Positions 47,060-58,363 are shown, counted from the first letter of the stretch. The stretch: DNA of 64,000 nucleotides from Candidatus Micrarchaeia archaeon (GCA_038886535.1 JAVZXS010000001.1:100954-164953); one strand, 5' to 3'. Program-made: numbers and translations. Notes: a model not told the origin generated them from the sequence alone.

Positions 47060-47402
47060 AGCTTTCACCTCCTTATTAATGAATAAGTAAGAATCAATTA
47101 ATATTTACAATATCTATACATCATATTAAAACAAGCCTTGTATTGGTTTATAATAATTACTTGGTTTACGTTCTTTATAATAATTTATATTATAATAATA
47201 TAGTTTAATTTATATTTAAATTTTAATTTATATTCAAATTTACTTTATTGGGCTTATAGAAATCTTATGTTCTTTAATAAATGGAAAATAATATAATTCA
47301 TCCTGCCTCTTGTATATTCTGGCATATAACTTTGCCTATCGGCATTATCACCAATAATTTACACTAATAATAATTTAGAGGATTTCTTCAGAGTGATATT
47401 GT

Positions 47403-48092
47403 TTAAAGGTTACCAAACAAGGCAGAGAACGTTTCTTCATCCTCTTTTTCTTTACTTTTTTCTCTGTATTTTTCAAATGCATTTTCTTGATTGTCAATTA
47501 TTATGTCATTACTAGTGATCTCATTTCCATAATCAGATTGTTCCTTTCTAAATGGTTCATATATTCCATCCTCTTCTTGAATCAAATTTAGATCCAAAAG
47601 CCCAGCGTATATACTTTGGGTCGGTTTTTCTTGAGCATCAACCTGCTTAATTGAAGGATCGCTAGGTTTATTGCCCACTATATCCGCTGCACTATCCGAA
47701 TTGAACATATTCATTGGACTGAATTGATTATTAGATTGGTTTTCCTGCAGAATATTCAATGGCATTGCTTCAGAAAATTCATCATTAGAAATCTGTGACT
47801 GAACCTGCAGATCTTGTTGATTTTGGGATATATTTGCTAGGAATTGGTTTTGATTGGTTAGGCCTATAAAATCAACATTTTGATTTGAGTATTCAGATCG
47901 AATTATTGGCTGTATGAATGTTGGATGCTTTCTGAAGAAATTCATCAACTCTATTGTTCTTTCCCTTCCGCACGCTTGGCACTTTACCGCCATTCTTATA
48001 TCGTGGACATCGAAATCTGTTTCGAATTCAAACTTATTGACTGTTCCGCATTCGCATGTGAATGACTTAGCTATCTTTGAGATTTCTTTCAT
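47403..48092 (-). CDS. Zn-ribbon protein with Q/N/acidic low-complexity tail
   Basis: CECG..CQAC at N-terminus; disordered-looking C-terminal two thirds. Confidence 0.72.
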   Translation of the reverse strand: MKEISKIAKSFTCECGTVNKFEFETDFDVHDIRMAVKCQACGRERTIELMNFFRKHPTFIQPIIRSEYSNQNVDFIGLTNQNQFLANISQNQQDLQVQSQISNDEFSEAMPLNILQENQSNNQFSPMNMFNSDSAADIVGNKPSDPSIKQVDAQEKPTQSIYAGLLDLNLIQEEDGIYEPFRKEQSDYGNEITSNDIIIDNQENAFEKYREKSKEKEDEETFSALFGNL

Positions 48093-48303
48093 AATGGTCG
48101 CCTTAATTTCTGTGATAGGAGAAAACAGAGTCTATTATAGTGATAGTTATATGATACACAAAATATAAAAATGTGGGTCTTTAAGATTTAATTGCAATTA
48201 AAACCATCAAAACAAAGGTTTTATAATTTCATCTTACTATATATTCTTATCTTTTTATCTTATATAAACGTAAAGATGGATATGCTCGATTAATGGTGAT
48301 TGA

Positions 48304-48483
48304 ATGCTTTGTGAAAGATGCAAAAAAGAAGTGCACTATGCTGAATTAGATCCATTCTGTGGTAGAAAAATATGTCAGGATTGCACAAAGTCCTCGAAAA
48401 GACCACAGAAGAATAAACACGTAGTAATCTGCAAGGATTGCTGGGGAGATATGGAAAAGAGAAGCAAATTCAAGTCAATGTAA
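48304..48483 (+). CDS. Small Zn-finger protein (59 aa), absent from ORF track
   Basis: MLCERCKKEVHYAELDPFCGRKICQDC..ICKDCWGDMEKR; GGTGAT SD upstream. Confidence 0.78.
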   Translation: MLCERCKKEVHYAELDPFCGRKICQDCTKSSKRPQKNKHVVICKDCWGDMEKRSKFKSM

Positions 48484-48497
48484 GAATCAATTAATAA

Positions 48498-49367
48498 TTA
48501 AATCAATTTTTTTGCCTTTAGAGCACTTTTTTCTTTATCCTTTATTTCTAACATTATATCAAAATCTAAGTTTTTTGTTTCTTCTATATATCTTTTAAAG
48601 TCTTCTATATCTATGTGCTTAGCGTGAGTTCCTATCTTTGCATTTTTTTCTTGGGAGCTATAATCTGTCATTAATACTCCGTCTTTTTCTTTCCAAGTAT
48701 CCATTGCAATTTCTATACCTTCTCTTCTTGTTTCACCATTGTTAAGGCAGAGATGGTGGAAAGAGTCAAAAAGAATAGGAATTTTCGTTTCTTGATGTAT
48801 AGCAACACAATCCTTTAAAGAGTAATTTCTTTCATCGTTCTCTATAACGAGCCTCTTCTTTATTTTATTCGGTAATTTTTTGTAATTTTCAATGAATCTT
48901 TGAATAGATTCTTCCTTATTTCCATATACACCTCCGACATGTATCTGTACTTTTGCAGTACTATCAAGTCCCATCAGGTCAAGCACATCACAATGATAAT
49001 TCAATTCTCTAATGCTGCTTTCTATTATTCTTTTGTCCTTTGCATTTATCAAGACAAATTGATCAGGATGCATTGATATTCTAATGTCATTTTCTTTGAT
49101 GTATTTTCCTATCTCTTTAAATTCTTTTGAAAAATATTTCTGCCAATTAAATTTGCATATCGGATGACTAGCAAAAGGCACAATATCTGAACTTATTCTG
49201 AAAAAAAGCAAACCATTTTTTACATTGTATTCTAGTATTTTTTTTAGACAAGAAAGATTGTTAGATATTTTTTCCTTCATGTTTTCTTCTGAATAATTTG
49301 CAAGCCTAAACGTGGAATTAGCAGTACAACCAATACTGTTGTTTATGCATGGATAACCTATCTTCAT
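48498..49367 (-). CDS. uvsE: UV damage endonuclease
   Basis: FFRISSDIVPFASH, RISMHPDQF, IHVGG, LVIENDE, FDSFHH, MLEIKDKE. Confidence 0.95.
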   Translation of the reverse strand: MKIGYPCINNSIGCTANSTFRLANYSEENMKEKISNNLSCLKKILEYNVKNGLLFFRISSDIVPFASHPICKFNWQKYFSKEFKEIGKYIKENDIRISMHPDQFVLINAKDKRIIESSIRELNYHCDVLDLMGLDSTAKVQIHVGGVYGNKEESIQRFIENYKKLPNKIKKRLVIENDERNYSLKDCVAIHQETKIPILFDSFHHLCLNNGETRREGIEIAMDTWKEKDGVLMTDYSSQEKNAKIGTHAKHIDIEDFKRYIEETKNLDFDIMLEIKDKEKSALKAKKLI

Positions 49368-49436
49368 TCAATCACATAATAAAAAAAGTAATGAAAATTA
49401 TTTTCCTTCATTTCACAGCGCCATTCACGTGCATCT

Positions 49437-52415
49437 TCATTCAATTTGGGTTATTCCAATTGTTACTTTTTCATCTTCTATGTCCCAGCTCTTTTTCAGT
49501 TTTCCACCAGTTCCAATTTTGATTTCCTTTGCATTGATTTCTCCCAGTATCTGAGTGCTGTGTTCTTTGATAAGTTTTTCCATATCGTCCGATCCCTTGA
49601 TATATACCTCTATTTTATCTTTCTCAATTAGATTCATTTCTTTCCTCATTGATTGAATTCTTCTTCTTACTTCACTCATTATACCTTCAGCTCTTAGCTC
49701 TTCATCTATCTTTGTCTTTAGTAATATAACTCCGTAAGGTGAAGGCTTGATTTGATAATCTTTCATTTTTTCTGCCCCCTCGATTGTTATGTACTTGCTG
49801 AAATCAATTTTCTTTTCTCCAATCTCAATCATGCCTTTTAGGAAGGCGGCTTCGTCTTTAGATTTCAGCTCAATTATCTTTTCTATTGCTTTTTGGTCTA
49901 GTTCGTTTTGTATGTCATTCGAAATTGCAAACTTTGTTTTATCGTCAATTTTAACATGCTTAAGGTTTGCAAGCATTCTTATTATTTTGTCAACATTCTT
50001 TACTACATTTGCAGTTTCTATACTCCTGCTTACTATCACTGCTTCTTCAAGAGGCCATCTTAGCTTTATGTTTGCGGAAGCCCTCATTGAATTGCAGATT
50101 TCAGCTATTTCTTTAGCTATCTCTATTTGATTTTCAAGCTCTTTATCTATCTTATTTTCTTCTACTTTTGGCCATTTATGGAAGAATATACTTTCTTCTT
50201 TCTTGTCTTTTGCATATATTCTTTGGTAAATGGATTCAGCAGTAAATGGTATGAATGGACTTGCAATAATCATTGCCTTGAAGAAAGAATCATAAAGACA
50301 GGATATGTCCTCTCTTTTCTTTATTAGTTTCATGTAGAATCTGCTTACATCTTGGATAAGGAAGCTTCTTATTTTTCTTAACGCAAGGAAGCTCTCTCCT
50401 TTCTCCATGTGTTCTGTTACTTCTTTTATTAAAGAATTTGTCTTTGATTCCAGCCATAAATCTTCTATCATTGCGCTTTCTTGCCTTTTCTCTATAGGTT
50501 TATAAAATCTTTCTATAAATGTAGCCATGTTGTTTATTATCATTAATTCATTCTTTGCCTCATTCATTTCATTCCAATTAAACTTGAGGTCATCCCACGT
50601 TGTATTGCTGAGCGCCATCAATCTTACTGCATCCGCAGGATATTTTGATATTACTTCTTCCCAGGGAACATAGTTTCCTAATGACTTGTGCATTGCGTTT
50701 CCTTTTTCATCAACCACATATCCATGCATTATCAGTGATTCGTAAGGAATTTCATTATTTAAAACCACTCCTGAACCTAGTAATGAGTAGAACCATCCCC
50801 TTATCTGATCCTTTCCTTCTATAATCATATCTGAAGGATAGTATTTTTCTTCTCCATCCCTCAACCCTGCCCAGATTGCATTACCTGAATCAAACCAGAC
50901 ATCTAACACATCCGGCACTCTTTTCATTTTTGATTTGCATTTAGGACATTCAAACTCTATTTCATCTATTTCTGGCCTATGGTAATCCTTGAGATTTTGT
51001 CCAAGCTCAGTTGCAGATCCTATCACCTTGAGCTCGTTGCATTCAGGATTTTCACATTTCCATATTGGCAATGGTATTCCCCAGTATCTTTGTCTTGATA
51101 CGCACCAATCTTTTGCATCCTCTACGAAATTACTCATCCACTTTCCTGCAAAGTCAGGCATCCAGACAACTTTTGCAAGTTCTGACAACATTTTTTCTTT
51201 TTCTTCTGTTATCTTAATGAACCACTGCTTTGATGAGAGATGAATGAGTTTCGTCTTGCATCTCCAGCAGCAAGGATAGCTGTGTTTTATCTTTCCTGCC
51301 TGGATTAAGCTTCCCTTTTCTTTCAGAATTTGGATTATCTCGTCATTAACTTCAAGCACATTCTTTCCTTTAAATATTCCAGCCTCTTCAGTATATCTTC
51401 CATCAGATCCTACTGGACAGAAAATCTCAAGTCCATATCTTTTTCCTATTATGTAGTCTTCTGGTCCGTGTCCAGGAGCACAATGCACTAACCCACTTCC
51501 ATCTTCAGTTGTTACGAATTCATCACTCATCACAACAGGCTGTGGGTTGGTTCTCCCAGTTTCTTCTTTTAAAGGATGCTCATATTTGTAATCTGCAAGC
51601 TCTTTTCCACTGAATTCGCGTGTAACAATGAAAGATTCACCAGCGGCCTCCTCAACTGCCTGAAGTCTGTCCTTTGCGAAGATCCATTCCTCCTCTCCTA
51701 CCTTTGCTACTACATATTTTATCAAAGGATTTGCCATCACTGCAATATTGCTTACCAATGTCCATGGAGTAGTTGTCCATATGACAAGATAGGTGTTTTC
51801 TTTTCCAACAACCTTGAATTTTACGAATATCGAAGGATCTACCATGTCATGATATTCTAATTCATAATTCGCCATGGTTGTTTGACATCTTGGACAGTGA
51901 GCATTAACTCTAAGATCATTATAGAGTAGGCCTTTTTCATATGCAGTTTTGAATGTCTTCCAGCTTTTTTCAATATATTCATTCTTATATGTTATATAAG
52001 GATCATCAAAATCCATCCATACTCCAAGCCTTATGAACTGCTCGTTCATGAGATTTATGTATCTCTCGCATAATTCCTTACATCTCTTAACAAATTTGTC
52101 TATTCCTACCTTGTTTTCTATTTCTTTCTTTTCCTTTATACCTAATTCCTTTTCAACTTGTGTTTCTATTGGTAATCCATGGGTGTCATATCCTGCTCTA
52201 ACATAAACATCATAACCTTGTAGCATCTTATATCTGCAGAATGCATCTTTCAATGCCTTATTCCATGCAGTACCTATGTGTATTCCTCCAGTTGCAAAAG
52301 GCGGCCCATCACATAGGTAAAACTTCTTTCCGTTTTTTCTGATTTCCTTTGCCTTCTTATAAATATTATTCTCATTCCAAAATTCCAATATCTTGCTTTC
52401 ATTATCAGTTGCCAT
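49437..52415 (-). CDS. ileS: Isoleucine--tRNA ligase
   Basis: DGPPFATGGIHIG (HIGH), WTTTPWTL, DWCVSRQRYWG, EGKDQIRGWF, AMHKSLGN (KMSKS). Confidence 0.97.
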   Translation of the reverse strand: MATDNESKILEFWNENNIYKKAKEIRKNGKKFYLCDGPPFATGGIHIGTAWNKALKDAFCRYKMLQGYDVYVRAGYDTHGLPIETQVEKELGIKEKKEIENKVGIDKFVKRCKELCERYINLMNEQFIRLGVWMDFDDPYITYKNEYIEKSWKTFKTAYEKGLLYNDLRVNAHCPRCQTTMANYELEYHDMVDPSIFVKFKVVGKENTYLVIWTTTPWTLVSNIAVMANPLIKYVVAKVGEEEWIFAKDRLQAVEEAAGESFIVTREFSGKELADYKYEHPLKEETGRTNPQPVVMSDEFVTTEDGSGLVHCAPGHGPEDYIIGKRYGLEIFCPVGSDGRYTEEAGIFKGKNVLEVNDEIIQILKEKGSLIQAGKIKHSYPCCWRCKTKLIHLSSKQWFIKITEEKEKMLSELAKVVWMPDFAGKWMSNFVEDAKDWCVSRQRYWGIPLPIWKCENPECNELKVIGSATELGQNLKDYHRPEIDEIEFECPKCKSKMKRVPDVLDVWFDSGNAIWAGLRDGEEKYYPSDMIIEGKDQIRGWFYSLLGSGVVLNNEIPYESLIMHGYVVDEKGNAMHKSLGNYVPWEEVISKYPADAVRLMALSNTTWDDLKFNWNEMNEAKNELMIINNMATFIERFYKPIEKRQESAMIEDLWLESKTNSLIKEVTEHMEKGESFLALRKIRSFLIQDVSRFYMKLIKKREDISCLYDSFFKAMIIASPFIPFTAESIYQRIYAKDKKEESIFFHKWPKVEENKIDKELENQIEIAKEIAEICNSMRASANIKLRWPLEEAVIVSRSIETANVVKNVDKIIRMLANLKHVKIDDKTKFAISNDIQNELDQKAIEKIIELKSKDEAAFLKGMIEIGEKKIDFSKYITIEGAEKMKDYQIKPSPYGVILLKTKIDEELRAEGIMSEVRRRIQSMRKEMNLIEKDKIEVYIKGSDDMEKLIKEHSTQILGEINAKEIKIGTGGKLKKSWDIEDEKVTIGITQIE

Positions 52416-52429
52416 AAAAATCACTTGTT

Positions 52430-52756
52430 CTATTCCTTGCTTTTAGATTTATCTCTTATTAACATAACTAAACCAGGTACTATGAAAAGTATTGCTATTA
52501 TTGTAATTATAGATAATCCTCTTGTAGCTAATACAGAGATTACTGAAGCAGCAAGCGCGGGTAGGATGAAGAACAATGGGTTAGATACATATTTCTCTTC
52601 TATTAAATAGTTTGCAAAAATTGCGATTGCCAATGAAGACATAACTATTAAGCCAATTCCATTCATCCCGAATTCATTGACTGAAAATATGTTTAATAGA
52701 TATACTCCCAATGCAACCATTATTATTATGTTTAGTGAAAGCAACATAAATTTCAT
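52430..52756 (-). CDS. Small four-TM membrane protein
   Basis: 108-aa hydrophobic ORF directly upstream of ileS. Confidence 0.65.
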   Translation of the reverse strand: MKFMLLSLNIIIMVALGVYLLNIFSVNEFGMNGIGLIVMSSLAIAIFANYLIEEKYVSNPLFFILPALAASVISVLATRGLSIITIIAILFIVPGLVMLIRDKSKSKE

Positions 52757-52919
52757 TTTCTCATCCCTAAAAATATGCCAAGAATTAGCACATTCTAGAT
52801 TAATTATATGTCCAAAACTTATTTAAGTATTTTTATATTATATATCTATTGTGTGGGTTAAAGAGAGCTAAAAAAATATTATTACTTATGGGATTATATC
52901 TCTATTATTTCGTGGTTTT

Positions 52920-53891
52920 ATGGAAGAAAAATATATTCCTTGGGTTGAGTTGTATAGACCTAAAAAGCTTTCTGAGATAGTAGGACAGACAGAGGTAGTT
53001 TCAAAGCTTTCAGAGTATGCAAAGACATACAATATGCCTCATCTTTTATTTGCTGGCCCAGCAGGCACAGGAAAAACTACATGTGCATTGGCATTAGCAC
53101 GTGAACTTTATGGAGATGATTACAGGCACAATATTCTTGAACTAAATGCAAGCGATGCTAGGGGAATAGATGTAGTTAGAGGTCAGATAAAAGATTTTGC
53201 AAGGACAGCTCCAATAAGCGGTGTGCCTTTTAAGATAATATTTCTTGATGAGGCTGATGCATTGACACCAGAAGCTCAGCAGGCATTAAGAAGGACCATG
53301 GAAATGTATTCATCTACAACACGTTTTATTTTGAGCTGCAACTGGTCTGGAAAGATCATCGAACCTATACAGAGCAGATGCGCAGTCTTCAGGTTCAAGC
53401 CTCTTTCAAAAGAAGAAGTTAAAAAAGCACTTGCTAAGATAGCTGAGGCTGAAGGATTGAATTTAAGTGACAAGGCTAGTGATGCATTGATTGATGTGTC
53501 AGAAGGAGATATGAGAAAGGCGATAAACATTCTTCAATCAATTTCATTGACATCAAAAGATATAGATGAGAATTCTGTATATTCTTTCGTTGCAACTGCA
53601 AGACCTATGGACATAGGGCGTATGTTAGATTATGCGTTTGCAGGTAAGTTCAACGAGGCAAGGACAATTCTTTACGATCTTCTTATAAATCATGGAATAA
53701 ACGGCCAGGACATACTTACAGCAATCCATAAGGATATAATAAATAGAAAGGCATTGTCTATACAGCAGAAGGTTAAGTTGGTAGACAGAGTTGGAGAATT
53801 CGATTTCAGAATAACAGAAGGGGCAAATGAAAGGATACAGCTAGAGGCTTTACTCGCATACATAGTTGCTTCCTCTTATGAGGAAAATTAA
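52920..53891 (+). CDS. rfcS: Replication factor C small subunit
   Basis: PWVELYRP, GPAGTGKT, LELNASDARG, LDEAD, SRC motif. Confidence 0.96.
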   Translation: MEEKYIPWVELYRPKKLSEIVGQTEVVSKLSEYAKTYNMPHLLFAGPAGTGKTTCALALARELYGDDYRHNILELNASDARGIDVVRGQIKDFARTAPISGVPFKIIFLDEADALTPEAQQALRRTMEMYSSTTRFILSCNWSGKIIEPIQSRCAVFRFKPLSKEEVKKALAKIAEAEGLNLSDKASDALIDVSEGDMRKAINILQSISLTSKDIDENSVYSFVATARPMDIGRMLDYAFAGKFNEARTILYDLLINHGINGQDILTAIHKDIINRKALSIQQKVKLVDRVGEFDFRITEGANERIQLEALLAYIVASSYEEN

Positions 53892-53967
53892 GCCTAATTA
53901 AGTATAGCAAAGAAAAAACACAATCGCAAAATATTTTATCACATGTTTATTATATGTTTGTGTTTTT

Positions 53968-54525
53968 ATGGCAATGGATGCAATTTCAAGAAAAATGTTT
54001 ACATTTAGAAGGAATATGGATAAATTCTTGTCCAGCATCATATTTAACAAATTTTCTTCGATTGAAAGTTCTAAAAAATCTCAGAGTTCAGAAAAGCAAC
54101 ATTCAAAAAAAGATCTTAATAAAAGAGAATCAAAATACAAAATTTTCCTAAAAATTCCTTCCGTATCAAGAGAAAACCTTCTAAATATTTCAATAATATT
54201 CTCTATAATCGGCATATTATCTCTTTTTGCTCTATCAATGTTTATTTCTCCAAAAATTGTATCTGTATCTGGAATCAGTTCCATACATGATGGTGCATAT
54301 GTCAAAGTAGCTGGATTTGTTTTTGATATAAATTCAAACAGCTTTAAGTTATGTGATTCGCAAGTCAAGAAGAATTCTGAATGTATAAATATCATAGTTT
54401 CACAAGGTACGATTCCTATCTTTCTTACAGAAGGCGACTATATCTATGCAGTTGGTTCTGTCAAAAGGTTTAACAATAGATCCTATCTTTACGTCCAATC
54501 AAAGGATATATCTTTGATAAGATAA
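53968..54525 (+). CDS. Membrane-anchored OB-fold-like protein
   Basis: Single TM followed by V.V.G.V and GDYIYAVG.V..F OB-like strands. Confidence 0.55.
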   Translation: MAMDAISRKMFTFRRNMDKFLSSIIFNKFSSIESSKKSQSSEKQHSKKDLNKRESKYKIFLKIPSVSRENLLNISIIFSIIGILSLFALSMFISPKIVSVSGISSIHDGAYVKVAGFVFDINSNSFKLCDSQVKKNSECINIIVSQGTIPIFLTEGDYIYAVGSVKRFNNRSYLYVQSKDISLIR

Positions 54526-54573
54526 TAGTTCAAATAAATTTGATTCTATGAAATATTGATTCTATGTGGTATA

Positions 54574-55767
54574 ATGGATGAATTGGGTTTGATCTCAGCA
54601 TTTATATTCGGTATTGTTTTAGGTTCGCTAGCAGGACTGATTCCTGGAATACATCCCAATACAATATCTCAGATGATTTCTAATCTTAATGTACAAGATA
54701 ATTTTGAATTAGCTGCAATCATAATAATCGCAGCTGCAGTAAACAACATAGTTGCTCTTCTTCCAGCAATATTTCTTTTTATACCTGATTCAGATTCAGT
54801 GCTTTCAATACTTCCTGCTCAAAAATTGGTTTTAAATGGAAAAGGAAGGCTTGCTGTTTTGGTGTGCGCCATTTCTGCGTTCTTGACACTTATCTTTCTT
54901 GTATTAATCCTTCCATTGTCTTACATATCTCTTCCTTTGTTATTTCCTGTTATCAAACCATATCTAGCCTATATCTTGATACTTTTTTCAGTCTTTTTCC
55001 TTCTGCAGGAGAAGAAGATAAAAGAGTCATTATTCGTTTTTCTAATTTCGGGTCTTTTCGGCTATTTGATTCTTTCAACATCAATATCATCTCTTCTTCA
55101 GGAATCTTTATTCGCAGTCTTTGTAGGTTTCTTTGCATTAAGCAGCATTATATTATCCTTTAATGAAAAATCATTAATTCCAGAGCAGAGAAATGAATCA
55201 TATAGGGTAGAGATAGGCAAGAGCTTTATAATTATGATTCTTTTCTCTTCATTAATCGGTGCTGTAGCTGACCTCTTTCCTGCAATAAATTCCCCAGCCC
55301 AGTTAGCAACGTTTGTATCTTCTTTTGCAGGTAATCCACTTCTTTTTCTTTCCTCAACCACTTCCATTACAATTAGCCACTATGCAAATTCTATTGTTGC
55401 TTTAGAACGAATAGGCAAAGCAAGAACAGGCACCCTAGTCAATATCAACCAACTAATTAGCGATGTCAATACAACATTGCTTATATGGTTCATTGCATTC
55501 TATTTTGTTGGAACTATTATAGGGATTCTGCTTTTATTAGGGCTTTCAGAAATTTTCATTTCTACAATAAACAAGATAGATCAGAAAATGATTAGTTTTT
55601 CAGTACTCATTTTCCTTATATTATCGGTATTTCTATTTTCAGGTGTCTTCGGATTACTTACATGTATTCTTGCAACATTCATTGGGCTATTGCCTCCACT
55701 TCTTGGCGTTAGAAGAACGAATCTTATGGCATTCCTTATTATTCCTTCAATCCTAATACTTCTTTAA
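54574..55767 (+). CDS. TctA/DUF112-like tripartite tricarboxylate transporter permease
   Basis: GLIPGIHPNT, PAIFLFIPD, LPAQKLV.NGKG, R.NLM..LIIP; many TMs. Confidence 0.8.
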   Translation: MDELGLISAFIFGIVLGSLAGLIPGIHPNTISQMISNLNVQDNFELAAIIIIAAAVNNIVALLPAIFLFIPDSDSVLSILPAQKLVLNGKGRLAVLVCAISAFLTLIFLVLILPLSYISLPLLFPVIKPYLAYILILFSVFFLLQEKKIKESLFVFLISGLFGYLILSTSISSLLQESLFAVFVGFFALSSIILSFNEKSLIPEQRNESYRVEIGKSFIIMILFSSLIGAVADLFPAINSPAQLATFVSSFAGNPLLFLSSTTSITISHYANSIVALERIGKARTGTLVNINQLISDVNTTLLIWFIAFYFVGTIIGILLLLGLSEIFISTINKIDQKMISFSVLIFLILSVFLFSGVFGLLTCILATFIGLLPPLLGVRRTNLMAFLIIPSILILL

Positions 55768-55830
55768 TTGAACAGCGAGTGCAATCTTAAATTGAAAACT
55801 AATTTAAATCTGTCTCTATATAATTAGTTT

Positions 55831-56511
55831 ATGGCAGAAGAAGAGTATCCTAGCGCACCAAAGAGAGAGATAGACTTAGGAAAAGGAGTAGTAATACTTC
55901 CTCCTGAAAGGATAGTTTCACCAAAGAAACCGGAAAAACCAAAAGAGGAAAGAAAAGAAGAACAGAAAATGGAGCAGAAGATCAGCAACTCTGTTCAACC
56001 TAAAGAAATGCAGATAAATAGCGTTCTATTCGTCATCGTAAGTATAGTAGCATTAGTATCTCTTGTTCTTAGTATAATCACAATGATGTCAATTGCATCA
56101 CTGAAATCTGAACTTAGAGCAATATCATCTGATCTTAAGGAATTCAGTAGATCAACAATTGAGCTTAATACACAATTTGATCAACCGCATTCCTTGCAAT
56201 CATCAGTTCCATTAAATCAGGTGCTTTCACCATTTTCAATTCCTATTCCATCTCAAGAGATAGAAACTAAAGGTACGATAAATGTTGTATTGCCAGTTTA
56301 TGGTCTTCCAGTTTCAATTCCATGGGAAGGAAAGTTAACTGTATTCGGAAGCATCACAACAAATACTTCTGCAATTCCACAAAGCGAAACATTGAAAATA
56401 AATTATACTCTACCAAGCAGTGGAACAGTTAGGATGAAAATATCAGCCTCTGAACTATTCCAAGGTAAACTGAATTCAATAATCGAAAGGCTAGACAATT
56501 TATCAAAATAA
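55831..56511 (+). CDS. Single-pass membrane protein, unknown function
   Basis: Charged/Pro-rich N-terminus, one TM, short coiled coil, beta-rich C-terminus. Confidence 0.65.
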   Translation: MAEEEYPSAPKREIDLGKGVVILPPERIVSPKKPEKPKEERKEEQKMEQKISNSVQPKEMQINSVLFVIVSIVALVSLVLSIITMMSIASLKSELRAISSDLKEFSRSTIELNTQFDQPHSLQSSVPLNQVLSPFSIPIPSQEIETKGTINVVLPVYGLPVSIPWEGKLTVFGSITTNTSAIPQSETLKINYTLPSSGTVRMKISASELFQGKLNSIIERLDNLSK

Positions 56512-56556
56512 TTTCTGCTATTACTAGCAGATAGTATACTAAGCAATTAAAGTGGT

Positions 56557-57927
56557 TTGATGTTCATAAGCGATAGATATAGTAAGATTTTTGCAAAGGT
56601 GTTAAAAAAGATTAAACCTTCAGAGAAAGAACAGGCAAGGCAAAGAGAAATAGCAATGAAAATAGTTTCAGAATTAGATAGGATTACACCAAAGGATGTT
56701 TCAATAGAGCTTGTTGGCTCTACAGCAAAAGGAACAAATCTGAAAGGTGACATGGATTTTGACGTTTTCATGCTTTTTTCAAAGGACTATTCATTGAAAG
56801 ATATGCTTACTCTTGCAATGAAATACAGCAAGAAATTCTGCAAGGGAAGAAAATATGAGATTGCCTATGCGCAACATCCATATGTAAGGACATGGGTGGA
56901 AGGAGTAGAGGTAGACATTGTTCCTTCATATAAGATAGAAGATGTTTCAGAGATGCTTACAGCAGTGGACAGATCTCCGCTTCACACTAAATTTATAAAT
57001 TCAAGAATAACAGATTCTCAAAGAGATGATGTTAGGCTTCTCAAAAGGTTTTTGAAAACGCAAAAGATCTATGGTGCAGAAGGCAGAATAAGGGGCTTCA
57101 GCGGATATCTTTGTGAACTATTGGTTCTAAAATATGGGAGCTTTTTGAATGTATTAGATGCCTTCGCAAATATGAAATCAATGCCAATAATAACATTGGG
57201 CAATGAGCCAATTAATGAAGAAGAGCTTAAGAAAAAGTTCAGCGATGCTGCAATGATCGTGATAGACCCAGTTGATCCAGATAGAAACGTCGCAGCTTCT
57301 GTTTCTAAGACATCTCTTACAGTTTTCTCATACGCAGCTTCAATATTCTTAAGCAAGCCTTCAATAAATGCATTTTTGCCATCACAAGAAAAAATAGATA
57401 AAAAATGGATAGATAAACAACTTAAGTTGAGAGATTCTTTATTCTTAGGAATAGAATTTGACAGGCCAAAAGTAGTTGAAGATATCTTATGGCCTCAGAT
57501 GTATAAATTCGCAAGTAAAATAAAGTCTAAATCAAAGGAACATGATTTTGAGGTTTTCGATATCGATGAGTATGCAAATGGAAAATGCATGTTTCTCTGT
57601 GAGTTTTCAATATACTCTCTTCCAAAAATTAAAAAGATATTCGGCCCACCATTATCCCAAAGAGAATATGTGGATAAGTTCATAAGGCAACATAAGGTGA
57701 CAGAGCCGATATGGTTTGAGGAAGATAGGATATTAGCAGTAGGTGAGAGAAGATTCACTCATGTAAAGCAACTTTTAGAATACATGCTTTCAAATCCAGA
57801 GGAGAATGGCGTTCCACCAGACTTAAGGAAAGTGATTAAATCAGCCAAGATAATAGATATATCAAAGATAAAGAAGAATTACACTCAGTTTCTATTTGAA
57901 TATTTGAAAAAGAGAAATATACCTTAA
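56557..57927 (+). CDS. cca: CCA-adding enzyme (class I, archaeal)
   Basis: VGSTAKGTNL..DMDFDVF, YAQHPY, VDIVP, VDRSPLHT, GFSGYLCELL, DPVDPDRNVAAS. Confidence 0.96.
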   Translation: MMFISDRYSKIFAKVLKKIKPSEKEQARQREIAMKIVSELDRITPKDVSIELVGSTAKGTNLKGDMDFDVFMLFSKDYSLKDMLTLAMKYSKKFCKGRKYEIAYAQHPYVRTWVEGVEVDIVPSYKIEDVSEMLTAVDRSPLHTKFINSRITDSQRDDVRLLKRFLKTQKIYGAEGRIRGFSGYLCELLVLKYGSFLNVLDAFANMKSMPIITLGNEPINEEELKKKFSDAAMIVIDPVDPDRNVAASVSKTSLTVFSYAASIFLSKPSINAFLPSQEKIDKKWIDKQLKLRDSLFLGIEFDRPKVVEDILWPQMYKFASKIKSKSKEHDFEVFDIDEYANGKCMFLCEFSIYSLPKIKKIFGPPLSQREYVDKFIRQHKVTEPIWFEEDRILAVGERRFTHVKQLLEYMLSNPEENGVPPDLRKVIKSAKIIDISKIKKNYTQFLFEYLKKRNIP

Positions 57928-58072
57928 AATATTAAAGTTAATTTCTAATAATTACAAAACCATATAAAATTGCAATCATATAGAAAAAAATCCAACGTTA
58001 GATTACAAGAAAGAGTTATATTCCTTTATCTCTATTATTATATGTTTTCTAATAAGCTTCATTGGTGTGATT

Positions 58073-58363
58073 ATGGACCATGAAAGTGTAAAGCAGATAT
58101 CGCAGGTTGCAAGGATCAAGCTTTCTGATGAAGAATTAAAGAGCCTGGGCAACGAGATGGACATGCTTCTTGCATATTTTGGAAAGGTTCAAGAAATAGA
58201 CATAGAGGAAGTAGGTGAAAAAACAAGCTATATGCACGGAATTTCAAATTCATTAAGAGATGATGAAGTAAAGGAACAAGATGAGGATACAAAGGAAATG
58301 ATAAGGTCTGAATTCACAAAGCGAGAAGGCAATATTCTTGTAGTCCCTAAATCTCTAAAATGA
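58073..58363 (+). CDS. gatC: Asp/Glu-tRNA amidotransferase subunit C
   Basis: VARIKLS.EE, LRDD, VPK; first gene of gatCAB. Confidence 0.88.
   Translation: MDHESVKQISQVARIKLSDEELKSLGNEMDMLLAYFGKVQEIDIEEVGEKTSYMHGISNSLRDDEVKEQDEDTKEMIRSEFTKREGNILVVPKSLK

Noticed and set aside
47181-47241. Three copies of TAATTTATATT (two in a near-tandem 19-mer), possible origin or operator
   Set aside because: Very AT-rich low-complexity context makes chance recurrence likely; no ORB motif or cdc6 nearby.
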